Below are positions 27,194 to 35,897 of a stretch of DNA of 64,000 nucleotides, in pieces. Position numbers and translations under genes: made by a program. The DNA comes from a virus (Duplodnaviria; Caudoviricetes). The first letter of the stretch is position 1. Each line of letters opens with the position of its first letter. The stretch lies in the IMG/VR virus record IMGVR_UViG_3300036987_000100, positions 11,664 to 75,663 of that record, one strand, 5' to 3'. Below the pieces are notes generated by a model, which saw nothing but the letters and a program-made list of their open reading frames with translations, was not told the origin of the DNA and did not search any database.

Positions 27194-27435
27194 CGGAGAC
27201 TCCTTACACTACTGGCGCAGTTAATGCTTTTTGTCGACCAGCCCAAGGCGAGCCTAGAAGATAGTGTTTTGTACTGGATTGCAGTCCGCCTTGGCCCCCC
27301 TGGAAGACCCTTGGTCGCCCCGTCAGCGGAGATACACCCCACCAGCCGACTTGTACTCCTGTCCACGCCAGGTGCTGCCGCCACGACTACTAGCCGCCCG
27401 AAGCGTTGTCCCGTGACATTTAGTTTCGGCGACAT
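27190..27435 (-). pseudogene. Internally deleted homing endonuclease remnant
   Basis: 81 aa from ATG 27435; LNVTGQRFGRLVVV N-terminus and TLSSRLALGWS C-terminal motif, with no nuclease core. Confidence 0.55.
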
Positions 27436-27445
27436 GTCCTCCTCC

Positions 27446-27826
27446 TCACTGCGGCGTCGAGAGCACCAGCTCAACAGAGTCCGGCTGCTGCGTAGCAATT
27501 ACTACGTAGCCGACCGTAACCGTAACGGTGCTGTCTTCCCGGACTACGTCTACCCCACGAATAATGGCGCGGGGCTCCCAACGACCCACCGCAGAGTAAA
27601 CTTCTGCCTGGATTAGCGACTCAAACATAGCGTCGTTGTTGTCAAACACCCTCGCCGTCAACCCGCTTCCAAATGTGGGCATCATCAACCGCTCGCCCGG
27701 CTCTGTCAGTAGAATTTGAATAATAGACTGTCGAATGAGCGCGGAGTCCGTGGACCCTTCCGGAAACGATTCCGACCCCTTCCGATAAGGGAATGAAATT
27801 CCTTGAAAAGTGGGTTTAGCCGCCAT
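27446..27826 (-). CDS. Baseplate wedge subunit gp25/GPW
   Basis: GISFP...QSIIQILLTEPGERLMMPTFGS...WEPR. Confidence 0.9.
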   Translation of the reverse strand: MAAKPTFQGISFPYRKGSESFPEGSTDSALIRQSIIQILLTEPGERLMMPTFGSGLTARVFDNNDAMFESLIQAEVYSAVGRWEPRAIIRGVDVVREDSTVTVTVGYVVIATQQPDSVELVLSTPQ

Positions 27827-27840
27827 CGCAACCTCGCCTT

Positions 27841-27856
27841 GCGACCACGTGGTCGC
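27841..27856. repeat. 16-bp palindrome copy 4, GCGACCACGTGGTCGC (perfect)
   Basis: Intergenic, 14 nt before the gp25 ATG. Confidence 0.95.
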
Positions 27857-27896
27857 GCCCCTGCGTTATAGCAGGCAAACCGCTCAGAGTACCACT

Positions 27897-28379
27897 CTAG
27901 ATGAGCGTTGTTGGGTGCGGCAACGGCACCGGCATGAAGACAATCACAGTCCTGGTCGCGGCATCCAGTGTAGATGCCATCGATGCGGCGGCAATTTCGG
28001 GGGTCGTCCTGCTATTGAGGAACGAAGCAGTCAACAGCGGGAGAATGACGGGCATCGCCAAAGAGGCAGTCACTACGGTACCTGGGCCGAAAAAAACCGG
28101 TGGGGCGTTCCAAAAACTGACAATTCCGGCGGCCCATGCTGCCGCCATGGTGGCGGGCGTTGCAGTCTTCGGGGAGGACAGCACCGCGTACAGCGTATTC
28201 TCCAGCATGAAGGCTTCCGCCCCCGTCAGGAGCGGTGGAATCCCATCAGCCTGTGCCATCTGGGCGTAGTCCGCATAGGCCCGTGCCCACTTGTTGGCAG
28301 CATCCTTCGCGCTCAGGCCCTTCTGCTGCTTGAACATCTGCAGAATGCTGAGTTCGAGTAGCTTTGAAACCAGCGCCAT
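27897..28379 (-). CDS. Hypothetical baseplate-region protein
   Basis: Start moved to ATG 28379 (TGATG coupling). Confidence 0.6.
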   Translation of the reverse strand: MALVSKLLELSILQMFKQQKGLSAKDAANKWARAYADYAQMAQADGIPPLLTGAEAFMLENTLYAVLSSPKTATPATMAAAWAAGIVSFWNAPPVFFGPGTVVTASLAMPVILPLLTASFLNSRTTPEIAAASMASTLDAATRTVIVFMPVPLPHPTTLI

Positions 28380-29281
28380 CAGCCCAACTTTGCTTTGGTT
28401 GAAAGAATTGACGGTGGCGGTGGAATCAAAGGCTGGGTACTGGGTCCGGTGCCCGTCCCATGCACATGATTCTCTAGCCAATTCTTCAAGTTGTCCCCCA
28501 ATACCGCCGCCTGCCCCGAAGCGCTGGTTAGCGTCACCTTGCTGCTGTCGATGTCTACCTTGGGGGCCTTCACCGTCACTCCCCCCTCTGCCGTCACCTT
28601 CACGTCCTTCTTTGTGGTGATGGTGACGCCCTTGTCGTTAAGAAGAATGGTGTTCTCGTTTTCATCGATGATTTTGACGCTCTTCCCGTCCTTGTCGATG
28701 GTAACGCTCGACTTGCCGGTGATGAGGGTGACAGTGGCCTTTTTGTCGATGGTAAGCTTCGCGGAACTGTCTTTCCACGAAAGCTCGACAGCCTCTTCCC
28801 CCTCCTTGTCGTTGAAGACGAGCGCGTGGCCCGCCTTTGTCACCATGCCCCGCTTGATGGGGGCGGTACCTTTCTTAGTGTCTCCACCCTCATCATGCCC
28901 GAGCTTCTCTGGCACTCCGCCTTCGATGTACCAACCACCCCAGTAGATGTTGGGGTAAGAAGGGTCACCATTCAAATAGGCGACACGGACAAAGTCCCCA
29001 ATCTCTGGAGGCCAGAAGGTTCCGTGCTTGGGGCGTGGTGTTTTGGCGCTGGTTTCTTCTTCAGTTCTACCGCAGGCATAGTCAAAGGCGGGGTCGACCC
29101 AGCGATCCAAGGTGTCTGAGATTTTCTGATTCAAGTCGGGGCTGTAGACCTTGATGCGCCCGCGCTTCTCGGGGTCTTTGTTATCCGCCACAACGGCACG
29201 GTAGTGCCCATAGTACTTATTGAAGTGCTCCAGACCGTGGAAGGTGAGGGTGTCTAGAAAAACGTCTAAGTCCGTAGCCAT
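28379..29281 (-). CDS. Baseplate central spike (gpV / gp5-OB / VgrG-like)
   Basis: YRAVVADNKDPEKRGRIKV, WPPEIGD.V.V.Y.NGDP, beta-helix repeats, HVH tip; start ATG 29281. Confidence 0.88.
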   Translation of the reverse strand: MATDLDVFLDTLTFHGLEHFNKYYGHYRAVVADNKDPEKRGRIKVYSPDLNQKISDTLDRWVDPAFDYACGRTEEETSAKTPRPKHGTFWPPEIGDFVRVAYLNGDPSYPNIYWGGWYIEGGVPEKLGHDEGGDTKKGTAPIKRGMVTKAGHALVFNDKEGEEAVELSWKDSSAKLTIDKKATVTLITGKSSVTIDKDGKSVKIIDENENTILLNDKGVTITTKKDVKVTAEGGVTVKAPKVDIDSSKVTLTSASGQAAVLGDNLKNWLENHVHGTGTGPSTQPLIPPPPSILSTKAKLG

Positions 29282-29294
29282 GGCTAGCTCCCTG

Positions 29295-30935
29295 CTAGAA
29301 CCCTTCGGGATTGAGGTCGGAGACGCGACCGAGAGTACCACCATGGTCCTCTACCACCTCTGCTACAACCTCTTTGCTGGCGGTTACACCCAGCTTGTTA
29401 TTTATGTCCGCCTTAGCCTTGCTAACCGAGGACAGGAGCGCCGAAGTGTTGCTTACTAGTTCCAGCTCCGTAGTGAAGCCGGTCGGTCCCAAAGAGTGTC
29501 TTACAGTGAAGACACCGTAGTTGAAGTCAAACCTGCTCCCCACGCCTCGAACTGCCACGGTGTTTCCCGGAAAAATATCCGGAATACCCAAGGTAAGCAC
29601 GCGAAGCGCTATGCCCATTGAAAAATCTGTAACGAACCTACTCTTGGCGGTTTCCACTGTCGTGGATTCGCTCACATCAGTTCCCGGCGCGGGGGCCCCG
29701 CCTTTGCCCTCCGGACTGACGCCAGAGATGCGCCCATCCGGTTCTGGAAGCGCCCCACCGCCCCCTGTGACCGCGCCAGGGCTTGCATTCTCCGGCGTCC
29801 ACACGTGATTGACTGATTTCCCGGTTCGGCTGTCAATTCCATTGGCCACCAACGCCTTGGTAGACCCCGGCAACCACACCTGCTTGCTTTGCGTAGAGAC
29901 ACTCAAAATAGGGAAGTCTCCTTCCGCGCGATCCTGCCACGGGGTACCGTTGTTCGTGCGGTGCGCCGGACCTAGCTTCCCCTGCACAAAGTCGAAGAGT
30001 CGAAGGTTGTATTTAGGGGCCTCCGCCAAATGAGTCTCAATCGGGACGACCTGGACTGAGTTTTTCCCCGCGTCGTCTTTACCGCCTTTGTGGACGCCCA
30101 TGGTCAGCCAACAGCCCGCTTCGTTGGCGAGTTGCAACATGAACATCCAGTCGGTCTTCCACCCCTGGGCCGTAGTTATCTTACGCTCCAAAGCCAAATC
30201 TGCATTAGAGCCTTTTTCTATTGCTGAAAAATCCAGATGTAGATCCCGACGTACGGTCCTCGGCTTGGGCTTCTCGTTTACCCGGACCTCCTCCTTCAAC
30301 TCGGAGTTAAATTCGGAGACGCTCCCCAAGATGCCCCCACGAATGCTAACGGGAGCCTCTGGTTCAAATGGCGATTCTGGCGCAACTTCTGGATCCGAAA
30401 CGTCAACCCCTCCGCCAACCAGATACTGCAGGATGGCCTTCCGAGACTGGTTGCTAAACGACCTTGAGGCCTGCGTCACTGATGCGTCGTAACCCGCGAC
30501 ACCGAAGCCGTTCAGGGTGATGGTGCTATTCATCCCGATGGAGATGTCTGGCTCCAAGATGAGTGCTTGAAATGGGGCAGACAGCACAGGTCCGCCCGAG
30601 GTGCCCGCCGAGTACCCGACGATTACCTCCAGCATTGCTTTTCCGTTCTCAACAAGCGTGCTGTCGAGAAACCTCCGAACATCCTGAAAAGGAGGGGTAA
30701 GCACTGCCGTTATTCTCGGGAAGTATCCCAGCCCCATCTCAACAGTTACGCTCTCCAAGAATGGGAAAGACACCAAACCGTTGGAAACTGCAGCGTTGTC
30801 CTCCTTTGAGAACTCTTCCGCAGCGGCGTTTTTTATTCCATCGGAGCTGTTGGTCCACAACGGGACTCTGACGTTGTTGTGCGTGATGATGGCCGCCGAA
30901 AAGAATGGCGAGTAGAAGTCATATTCTCTGGCCAT
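29295..30935 (-). CDS. Baseplate hub protein (gpD / gp27-like)
   Basis: LGIPDIFPGNTVAVRGVG.RF..NY.V..V.HS.G..GFTT C-terminal signature; lies between LysM and spike. Confidence 0.75.
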   Translation of the reverse strand: MAREYDFYSPFFSAAIITHNNVRVPLWTNSSDGIKNAAAEEFSKEDNAAVSNGLVSFPFLESVTVEMGLGYFPRITAVLTPPFQDVRRFLDSTLVENGKAMLEVIVGYSAGTSGGPVLSAPFQALILEPDISIGMNSTITLNGFGVAGYDASVTQASRSFSNQSRKAILQYLVGGGVDVSDPEVAPESPFEPEAPVSIRGGILGSVSEFNSELKEEVRVNEKPKPRTVRRDLHLDFSAIEKGSNADLALERKITTAQGWKTDWMFMLQLANEAGCWLTMGVHKGGKDDAGKNSVQVVPIETHLAEAPKYNLRLFDFVQGKLGPAHRTNNGTPWQDRAEGDFPILSVSTQSKQVWLPGSTKALVANGIDSRTGKSVNHVWTPENASPGAVTGGGGALPEPDGRISGVSPEGKGGAPAPGTDVSESTTVETAKSRFVTDFSMGIALRVLTLGIPDIFPGNTVAVRGVGSRFDFNYGVFTVRHSLGPTGFTTELELVSNTSALLSSVSKAKADINNKLGVTASKEVVAEVVEDHGGTLGRVSDLNPEGF

Positions 30936-31252
30936 TAGCGAACCTTGGCGCCCTTAAACAGCTCCTGCAAGACGTAGCGAGAAGAAGGGACCCGAAGCAA
31001 TTGTCCGCTATACAACTCCGTAGGGAGCAGTTCCAAGTCGTTAGCTGCGGCGAGGACCCACCACAGCACGGGGTCGCCGTAGAATTTATGAGCGAGTAAA
31101 TCGATTCTGTCGTTACGTTGGACTGTGTATTGTTGATCATCCCCCTGGACTACAATTTCTGGTAAGTCCAACACATCCCAGAATACGACGCCCTCGGCCC
31201 GTACCAGGTCTGCGAAACGAAGGCAACTATGCGTGGTTAATGAGATTCCCAT
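30935..31252 (-). CDS. LysM / gpX-like baseplate protein
   Basis: YTVQRNDRIDLLAHKFYGDPVLWWVLAAAN. Confidence 0.88.
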   Translation of the reverse strand: MGISLTTHSCLRFADLVRAEGVVFWDVLDLPEIVVQGDDQQYTVQRNDRIDLLAHKFYGDPVLWWVLAAANDLELLPTELYSGQLLRVPSSRYVLQELFKGAKVR

Positions 31253-31258
31253 GTTTTG

Positions 31259-33730
31259 TTACCGCTGTTGTGTGCTTGTCGTAGGAATTCCGGTTGTCGG
31301 CCCAGTACTCACTTGGGGTTTCGGGTTGCTAATTGTGTGGCTGACTGCAGGCTTTGCCAGCGGAGCACGCATCCCATTTTTCTGAGGACTCAAAACTTCC
31401 ACCAAGTTTTTAACCACTCCAACCAGCTCTTCGTGCTGTTTTGCGGTTGTTGTTTTTTGGTCCGAATACCAGTCCGGCCGGTTCACCGCATCTCCTAGAA
31501 GTTCCACAGAGGCCGCAGCGGACTTATCAACCCTCGGGGTTCGATCTACTAGTTTAATTTTGGTGGTGCTTGCAGGGCTTGGCGCGTCATCCGCGTCCAC
31601 GGGCGCAGGCTTCTCCTTGAAGTAGGAGGCCACCTTTGTGGCTCCAGCCAGTGCAACCTGCTCCGGGAACTGAAGGATTGCCTTGGCCGTTGCCTTCACC
31701 AAGGTTGCGAATAGCCGCATAAGCATGTCAGGTAGGGCGTTTGTTGCCATCTCAACTGCCTTGGAGAACGCGCTATTAATCCAAATACCGATGGACTCCC
31801 CAGTACTCCCTGACTTGTTGTTAGGGTCTATACTCAGGTCCTTAGTAAGCCCCTCCCAAAAGTCCATTCCGAATTTCTTAATTGGGTTATCTTTGGCCTC
31901 CCACCACTTCACCACTACCTGCCATTGCCGGTAAATCCACTTGCCAATAGCCTTGCCAGCCTCGTCAGAGTCGTTTGGGTTTGAACCCAAGTCCCCCGTA
32001 AGTCCAGACCAAAAGTCTCCGACAAATTTCTTCAAGTCTGCCCAGAGGGGGCCAAGCGTCGTCTGCATGGCCGTCCACACATTCCCGGCCAGTGTTTTGA
32101 AGCGCGACATCACCGGACCCATCGCGGTGAAAGTATCCAGAATGCGATCCCACCATTTCCTGAAAATTCCGCCCCATTTGCCGTCTCTACCTCCTCCAGA
32201 GAGGGCCTTATTCAAGGCGACTGACGCCGAGTTAATCCATCCCAAGATTTTCTTGGGCAGCTCCTCGAACCACTTTACGGCCCTATCCCCAACCCGCTTA
32301 AAGGCAATACCCATCCTGTCAAAAAACGGCAAGGAAGCCTTTGTGTTCTTAAAGGCGTTTCGCATCGCGACAGTGAATAGGGTGAACAGGCTTTCGATGC
32401 CGCTCAGGGGGTTGAGGATGCCCTTGAGAGTCTCGCCGAGCATCTTGAACATCCCGCCCATGGCGACAGCATCGCCCTGGAGGTCGTCAGGGAATAGCCC
32501 TACGAGCCCTTTTTGATTCAGGTCGATGAGGCTACGGGTCAAGTCACCGACCCCGCCTTCGCTCTTCGCGAGCCCTTGGATGTCCTTGCCGAGGGAGCTA
32601 AAGCTCTTGGAGGCGTCCGAAGCAAACTTAGAGGCGGTGTGGTTGGCGGCGCGGATTCCGGTGACAAACAGATCTTCCGACAACTTCAGGGACTCTGCAG
32701 CGGTACGGCCACTCTTCCACGCCTCTTCTCCGTACTTCTTGAGGGCTCCGGTGGCATTTTTGACTTTCTTGCCCGCCTCGTCGCTAGCTTCTGATGTCAA
32801 CATTAGCATGTTGACGATTTCCTTGGAACGCTCTGGCCCGAAGGATTTCTGACTCTGGCCTTCAATCCAGGTCATCAGGTCCCCAATTTTTTTCTTATCC
32901 CCTTTCATGCCCTTCGTCAGGTTCTTCATGGTGTCCATGAAGGCCTCGGGACCGTCACCCATGTTATTGAAGGCCGTTTGCACGTCCCCGGTTGTTAGTG
33001 CCAACCCCTTAAGGGACTCCGGGAGTTCGCTACCAACGCCCACGGTGAGGTGCTTGAAAGCCTGGGCGGACTCCTGGAGTGTCGCAGCCAACCCGGTACC
33101 GAAGGCTCGGGCTGTGGCTGCGCTAGCCCCCGTTGCCTTCTGGAAGCTCACAGAAACTGAGTCTATTTGTTTAGAGAATTCCTCAATCCCCGTAACCGCC
33201 ATACCCTGAGACAACAACGCCGAGCGCCTCTGAAGTAGCGCGGTACGTTCAGCGGCCTCCTTGAGAGAGCCAGATACGTCCCCCATGGCCTGACCGGCGG
33301 CGGTCATGGTGTCGAGGATGCTGGCACCTGCCTTTTTTGACATGCCCTGCATATTCGCGAGCTGCATTGAGCTGTCCGCAAATACCTGAGCCTGAACACC
33401 AGAAGCCTCTGAAATCTTCAGTAACGTCTTCTCTGAATCGATTCCCGTAGCAACCATAACGGTCTTCATACGGTTGAATTGACCCGTGGCTTCTCCGGCC
33501 TGTTCAGCCGAGCGATTCATCGCTATTGCCATGTTTTGGGACTTCGCCGTGAAGTCCTTCAGGTCCTTACCAGTCTTGCCAAGGTTGGCCCCAAGGTTGG
33601 TAAGACTGACGTTGTCTTGTATGAGCTTGTGCTCAAAGGCCGTGGTGGGGTTACGGCCCTGCTCGGCCAACTGGCCAAGCTCTGTAGACACGCCCGCAAT
33701 CCCCGCCGTGAACTTGGAGACGGAGGACAT
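31259..33730 (-). CDS. Tape measure protein
   Basis: 823 aa, Ala/Gly-rich helical, Trp/Phe-spaced repeats; the frame stays open upstream to at least 33805. Confidence 0.75.
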   Translation of the reverse strand: MSSVSKFTAGIAGVSTELGQLAEQGRNPTTAFEHKLIQDNVSLTNLGANLGKTGKDLKDFTAKSQNMAIAMNRSAEQAGEATGQFNRMKTVMVATGIDSEKTLLKISEASGVQAQVFADSSMQLANMQGMSKKAGASILDTMTAAGQAMGDVSGSLKEAAERTALLQRRSALLSQGMAVTGIEEFSKQIDSVSVSFQKATGASAATARAFGTGLAATLQESAQAFKHLTVGVGSELPESLKGLALTTGDVQTAFNNMGDGPEAFMDTMKNLTKGMKGDKKKIGDLMTWIEGQSQKSFGPERSKEIVNMLMLTSEASDEAGKKVKNATGALKKYGEEAWKSGRTAAESLKLSEDLFVTGIRAANHTASKFASDASKSFSSLGKDIQGLAKSEGGVGDLTRSLIDLNQKGLVGLFPDDLQGDAVAMGGMFKMLGETLKGILNPLSGIESLFTLFTVAMRNAFKNTKASLPFFDRMGIAFKRVGDRAVKWFEELPKKILGWINSASVALNKALSGGGRDGKWGGIFRKWWDRILDTFTAMGPVMSRFKTLAGNVWTAMQTTLGPLWADLKKFVGDFWSGLTGDLGSNPNDSDEAGKAIGKWIYRQWQVVVKWWEAKDNPIKKFGMDFWEGLTKDLSIDPNNKSGSTGESIGIWINSAFSKAVEMATNALPDMLMRLFATLVKATAKAILQFPEQVALAGATKVASYFKEKPAPVDADDAPSPASTTKIKLVDRTPRVDKSAAASVELLGDAVNRPDWYSDQKTTTAKQHEELVGVVKNLVEVLSPQKNGMRAPLAKPAVSHTISNPKPQVSTGPTTGIPTTSTQQR

Positions 33731-33819
33731 AGCGCTGTCAATAGCCTTAGTTAGGCCCGCGTCTTTACCACCGAAGCTAAATCCGAGGCCAAGAAAGTTT
33801 AACGTATACCCTGCCCTTG

Positions 33820-34857
33820 TTAAGCGCCCGTAGGCGATTCCGTTACAAAGTCTTCCGTTCCCAAGGCGATCCTAAACTTTCGCAGGCATCGTAGCTCGAT
33901 AGTTGTACCTTCGTAAACCCACTTCGCGAGTTCGCGCGAGTCCTCCGCCCGTAACCGCAATTGGTTACAGGAAAACAATTTTCCGTTTAACGGAGTCTGG
34001 TAGTGACTAAGCCGTGGCAACCATCCCTTCACCTCAAGTACCTCTTTGAAGTCTTGGGTGAAGCCGTCGCTAGCGCTGGCGTACCTCGCGTCTAGGTGCT
34101 CCCCCTTGCGGGTCCAGCCGCCATCGGAGTCCCACAAACCCCTCACGAAGTGAGGGAGCATCTCCTCCGTGATTCCTTCGGGCCACCGCATCGTCCGCGC
34201 CTTGTTTCCGCCAGCCAGTCCGAACTTGGCCAAGTCCTCAATCATCGTCTTCGAGTACCAAGCCAGCTTCCAGCAGTTAAGCAGCTTGCCCTTCTGCTTC
34301 ATCTGCTTTGGCTCTCGGTTGTGTCCTAGGTGCTGGGCCACCGCTTCAAGCACTTGCTTCGAGCCCGCCAAGTGGATGCCGTAGGAGTGCCCCTCAATAA
34401 TCTGAACGTGTCCGTCTCCGAAGAGGAGACCAAGGACCCAAGCGGATGCGGGCGTGAGCGTTTTGAAGAAGCGTGCGTTCAGCGTAGTAGCGCGGATCTT
34501 CCCTTCGTTGGCCGCCCGACGTACTGCAACAGCCTTCGGCCGCATTACCCCTGCCTGCGTAAGGTGAGTACGAACCAGCCTACCGGCTCTCCCGAACTTT
34601 GCACCCACCTCGTCCGACGATAATCCCTGCGCGTACAACTCCACCATCTGCTGCGCTTCTGTCGGTGTCACCGCCCTTGCCGTGAGCTTCCGCGACTCCG
34701 TGACGCTGCGCGTGGGAATTTGGTACTTCTGAAACCAGTGATGAATGGTTCCCGGAGCCTTTCCATAGCGCTGTCCCAAAGTCACGAGGGTTTCCCCTTC
34801 GTTCCAGTAGGCGTTGTGCAAGGTCTGGGCGTCGACTTGAAGCATGGACCGCAGCAT
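33820..34857 (-). CDS. Free-standing LAGLIDADG homing endonuclease with N-terminal HTH repeats
   Basis: AWVLGLLFGDG and FVRGLWDSDG motifs. Confidence 0.85.
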   Translation of the reverse strand: MLRSMLQVDAQTLHNAYWNEGETLVTLGQRYGKAPGTIHHWFQKYQIPTRSVTESRKLTARAVTPTEAQQMVELYAQGLSSDEVGAKFGRAGRLVRTHLTQAGVMRPKAVAVRRAANEGKIRATTLNARFFKTLTPASAWVLGLLFGDGHVQIIEGHSYGIHLAGSKQVLEAVAQHLGHNREPKQMKQKGKLLNCWKLAWYSKTMIEDLAKFGLAGGNKARTMRWPEGITEEMLPHFVRGLWDSDGGWTRKGEHLDARYASASDGFTQDFKEVLEVKGWLPRLSHYQTPLNGKLFSCNQLRLRAEDSRELAKWVYEGTTIELRCLRKFRIALGTEDFVTESPTGA

Positions 34858-34881
34858 ACTTAACTTCTAACGTAGAAGCTA

Positions 34882-34897
34882 CCGACCATGTGGTCGC
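34882..34897. repeat. 16-bp palindrome copy 5, CCGACCATGTGGTCGC
   Basis: Intergenic; one terminal mismatch. Confidence 0.9.
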
Positions 34898-34899
34898 TT

Positions 34900-35307
34900 T
34901 TAGTCTCCGACTCCAATCACTACGACCTCCATGTCCACAGTACCTGCATTTGTCACGAAAAGTGCCGTGAGGCCCGTGGTGCTCAGGAGCAAATGACCCT
35001 CCTTCGCGTCGCCCAATGGCGATACGACGATTGCCTCGCCGCCAGTGGTTTCGCGCTTAAATGTCAGCGCCACGGGCACTTGTGTTGGATCCTTGGCCGT
35101 TGTACGAATAATAATCAGCTTTGCGGTGGTAAGGTTCCCCAAGCCTACCGGCACATCTGTGGACGAGGCGGCAATCGTGCTTTTCCACGAGCCCCCCTCG
35201 CCTTGGGTGTCGGTCATCACTTCCCACACCTGACTGCCCAGGTCCTTCTCCTCCGCAGTGGTAGAAGAAACGTAGGCTGTAATCTTGTAGCGGATTCGAA
35301 CGGCCAT
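34900..35307 (-). CDS. Hypothetical structural protein
   Basis: Start likely ATG 35307 (AAGGAG RBS). Confidence 0.6.
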   Translation of the reverse strand: MAVRIRYKITAYVSSTTAEEKDLGSQVWEVMTDTQGEGGSWKSTIAASSTDVPVGLGNLTTAKLIIIRTTAKDPTQVPVALTFKRETTGGEAIVVSPLGDAKEGHLLLSTTGLTALFVTNAGTVDMEVVVIGVGD

Positions 35308-35337
35308 CTGGAACTCCTTGGTTAGCCCAAACAAAAG

Positions 35338-35889
35338 TCAGAACGTGACACGAACGTACAGGAGAACCTGTTTTGTCGCGTCTTTTATGGTTTTGGGGAA
35401 AGTACCATACGCAACCATTAAGCGCGTACCACTGGCTCGGGTAAACTCGGGGTGGTCCGAAAACAGACCAATCTCCCAAATCTCTGGAGAACTGGTCCCA
35501 TCGCTGTTGAAGTCGCCGAAGTCCAGCTCACAGCGGGCCTGCACCGTGTTTGTAGCGCTGTAGGTGAGGTCCCCGGGGTTGAAGGCTTTTTCAAAGGAGG
35601 GGATGCCTATCACGGGGTATCGTTGATCGAGGGGCAGCCGTGTCGGGTCGACCAGGATGTCTAAGTCCTGGGTGTCGTTTGGGGCAACAGCTACTTTCCG
35701 GAGGGTGGCATCCGGGGTGCGGGGGACAGTACCCACATAGCCGCCCACGCCTACTCTGAAGTGGGTCAGCACCGGATTCCACACGGGCGTGGCGGGGTTT
35801 GTGGTGTCACTGATTCCCAGCAACCCGCCGAAAAATTGTGGGTAGTACTTCCGTGCGTCTTCCGTCACTGTGGCGATAATGATGGCCAT
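35338..35889 (-). CDS. Tail collar / fibre-attachment protein
   Basis: THFRVGVGG...EIWEIGLF...MVAYGTFPKTIK pattern. Confidence 0.65.
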   Translation of the reverse strand: MAIIIATVTEDARKYYPQFFGGLLGISDTTNPATPVWNPVLTHFRVGVGGYVGTVPRTPDATLRKVAVAPNDTQDLDILVDPTRLPLDQRYPVIGIPSFEKAFNPGDLTYSATNTVQARCELDFGDFNSDGTSSPEIWEIGLFSDHPEFTRASGTRLMVAYGTFPKTIKDATKQVLLYVRVTF

Positions 35890-35897
35890 ATTAGTTC

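Noticed and set aside
24497-33730. eCIS, tailocin or T6SS locus
   Set aside because: It is embedded with phage replication genes, homing endonucleases and phage-style gene packing; a myophage tail explains it
33820-34897. Group I intron housing the LAGLIDADG gene
   Set aside because: Only about 40 nt and 14 nt of flanking non-coding sequence, too little for a ribozyme core, and no upstream exon was identified
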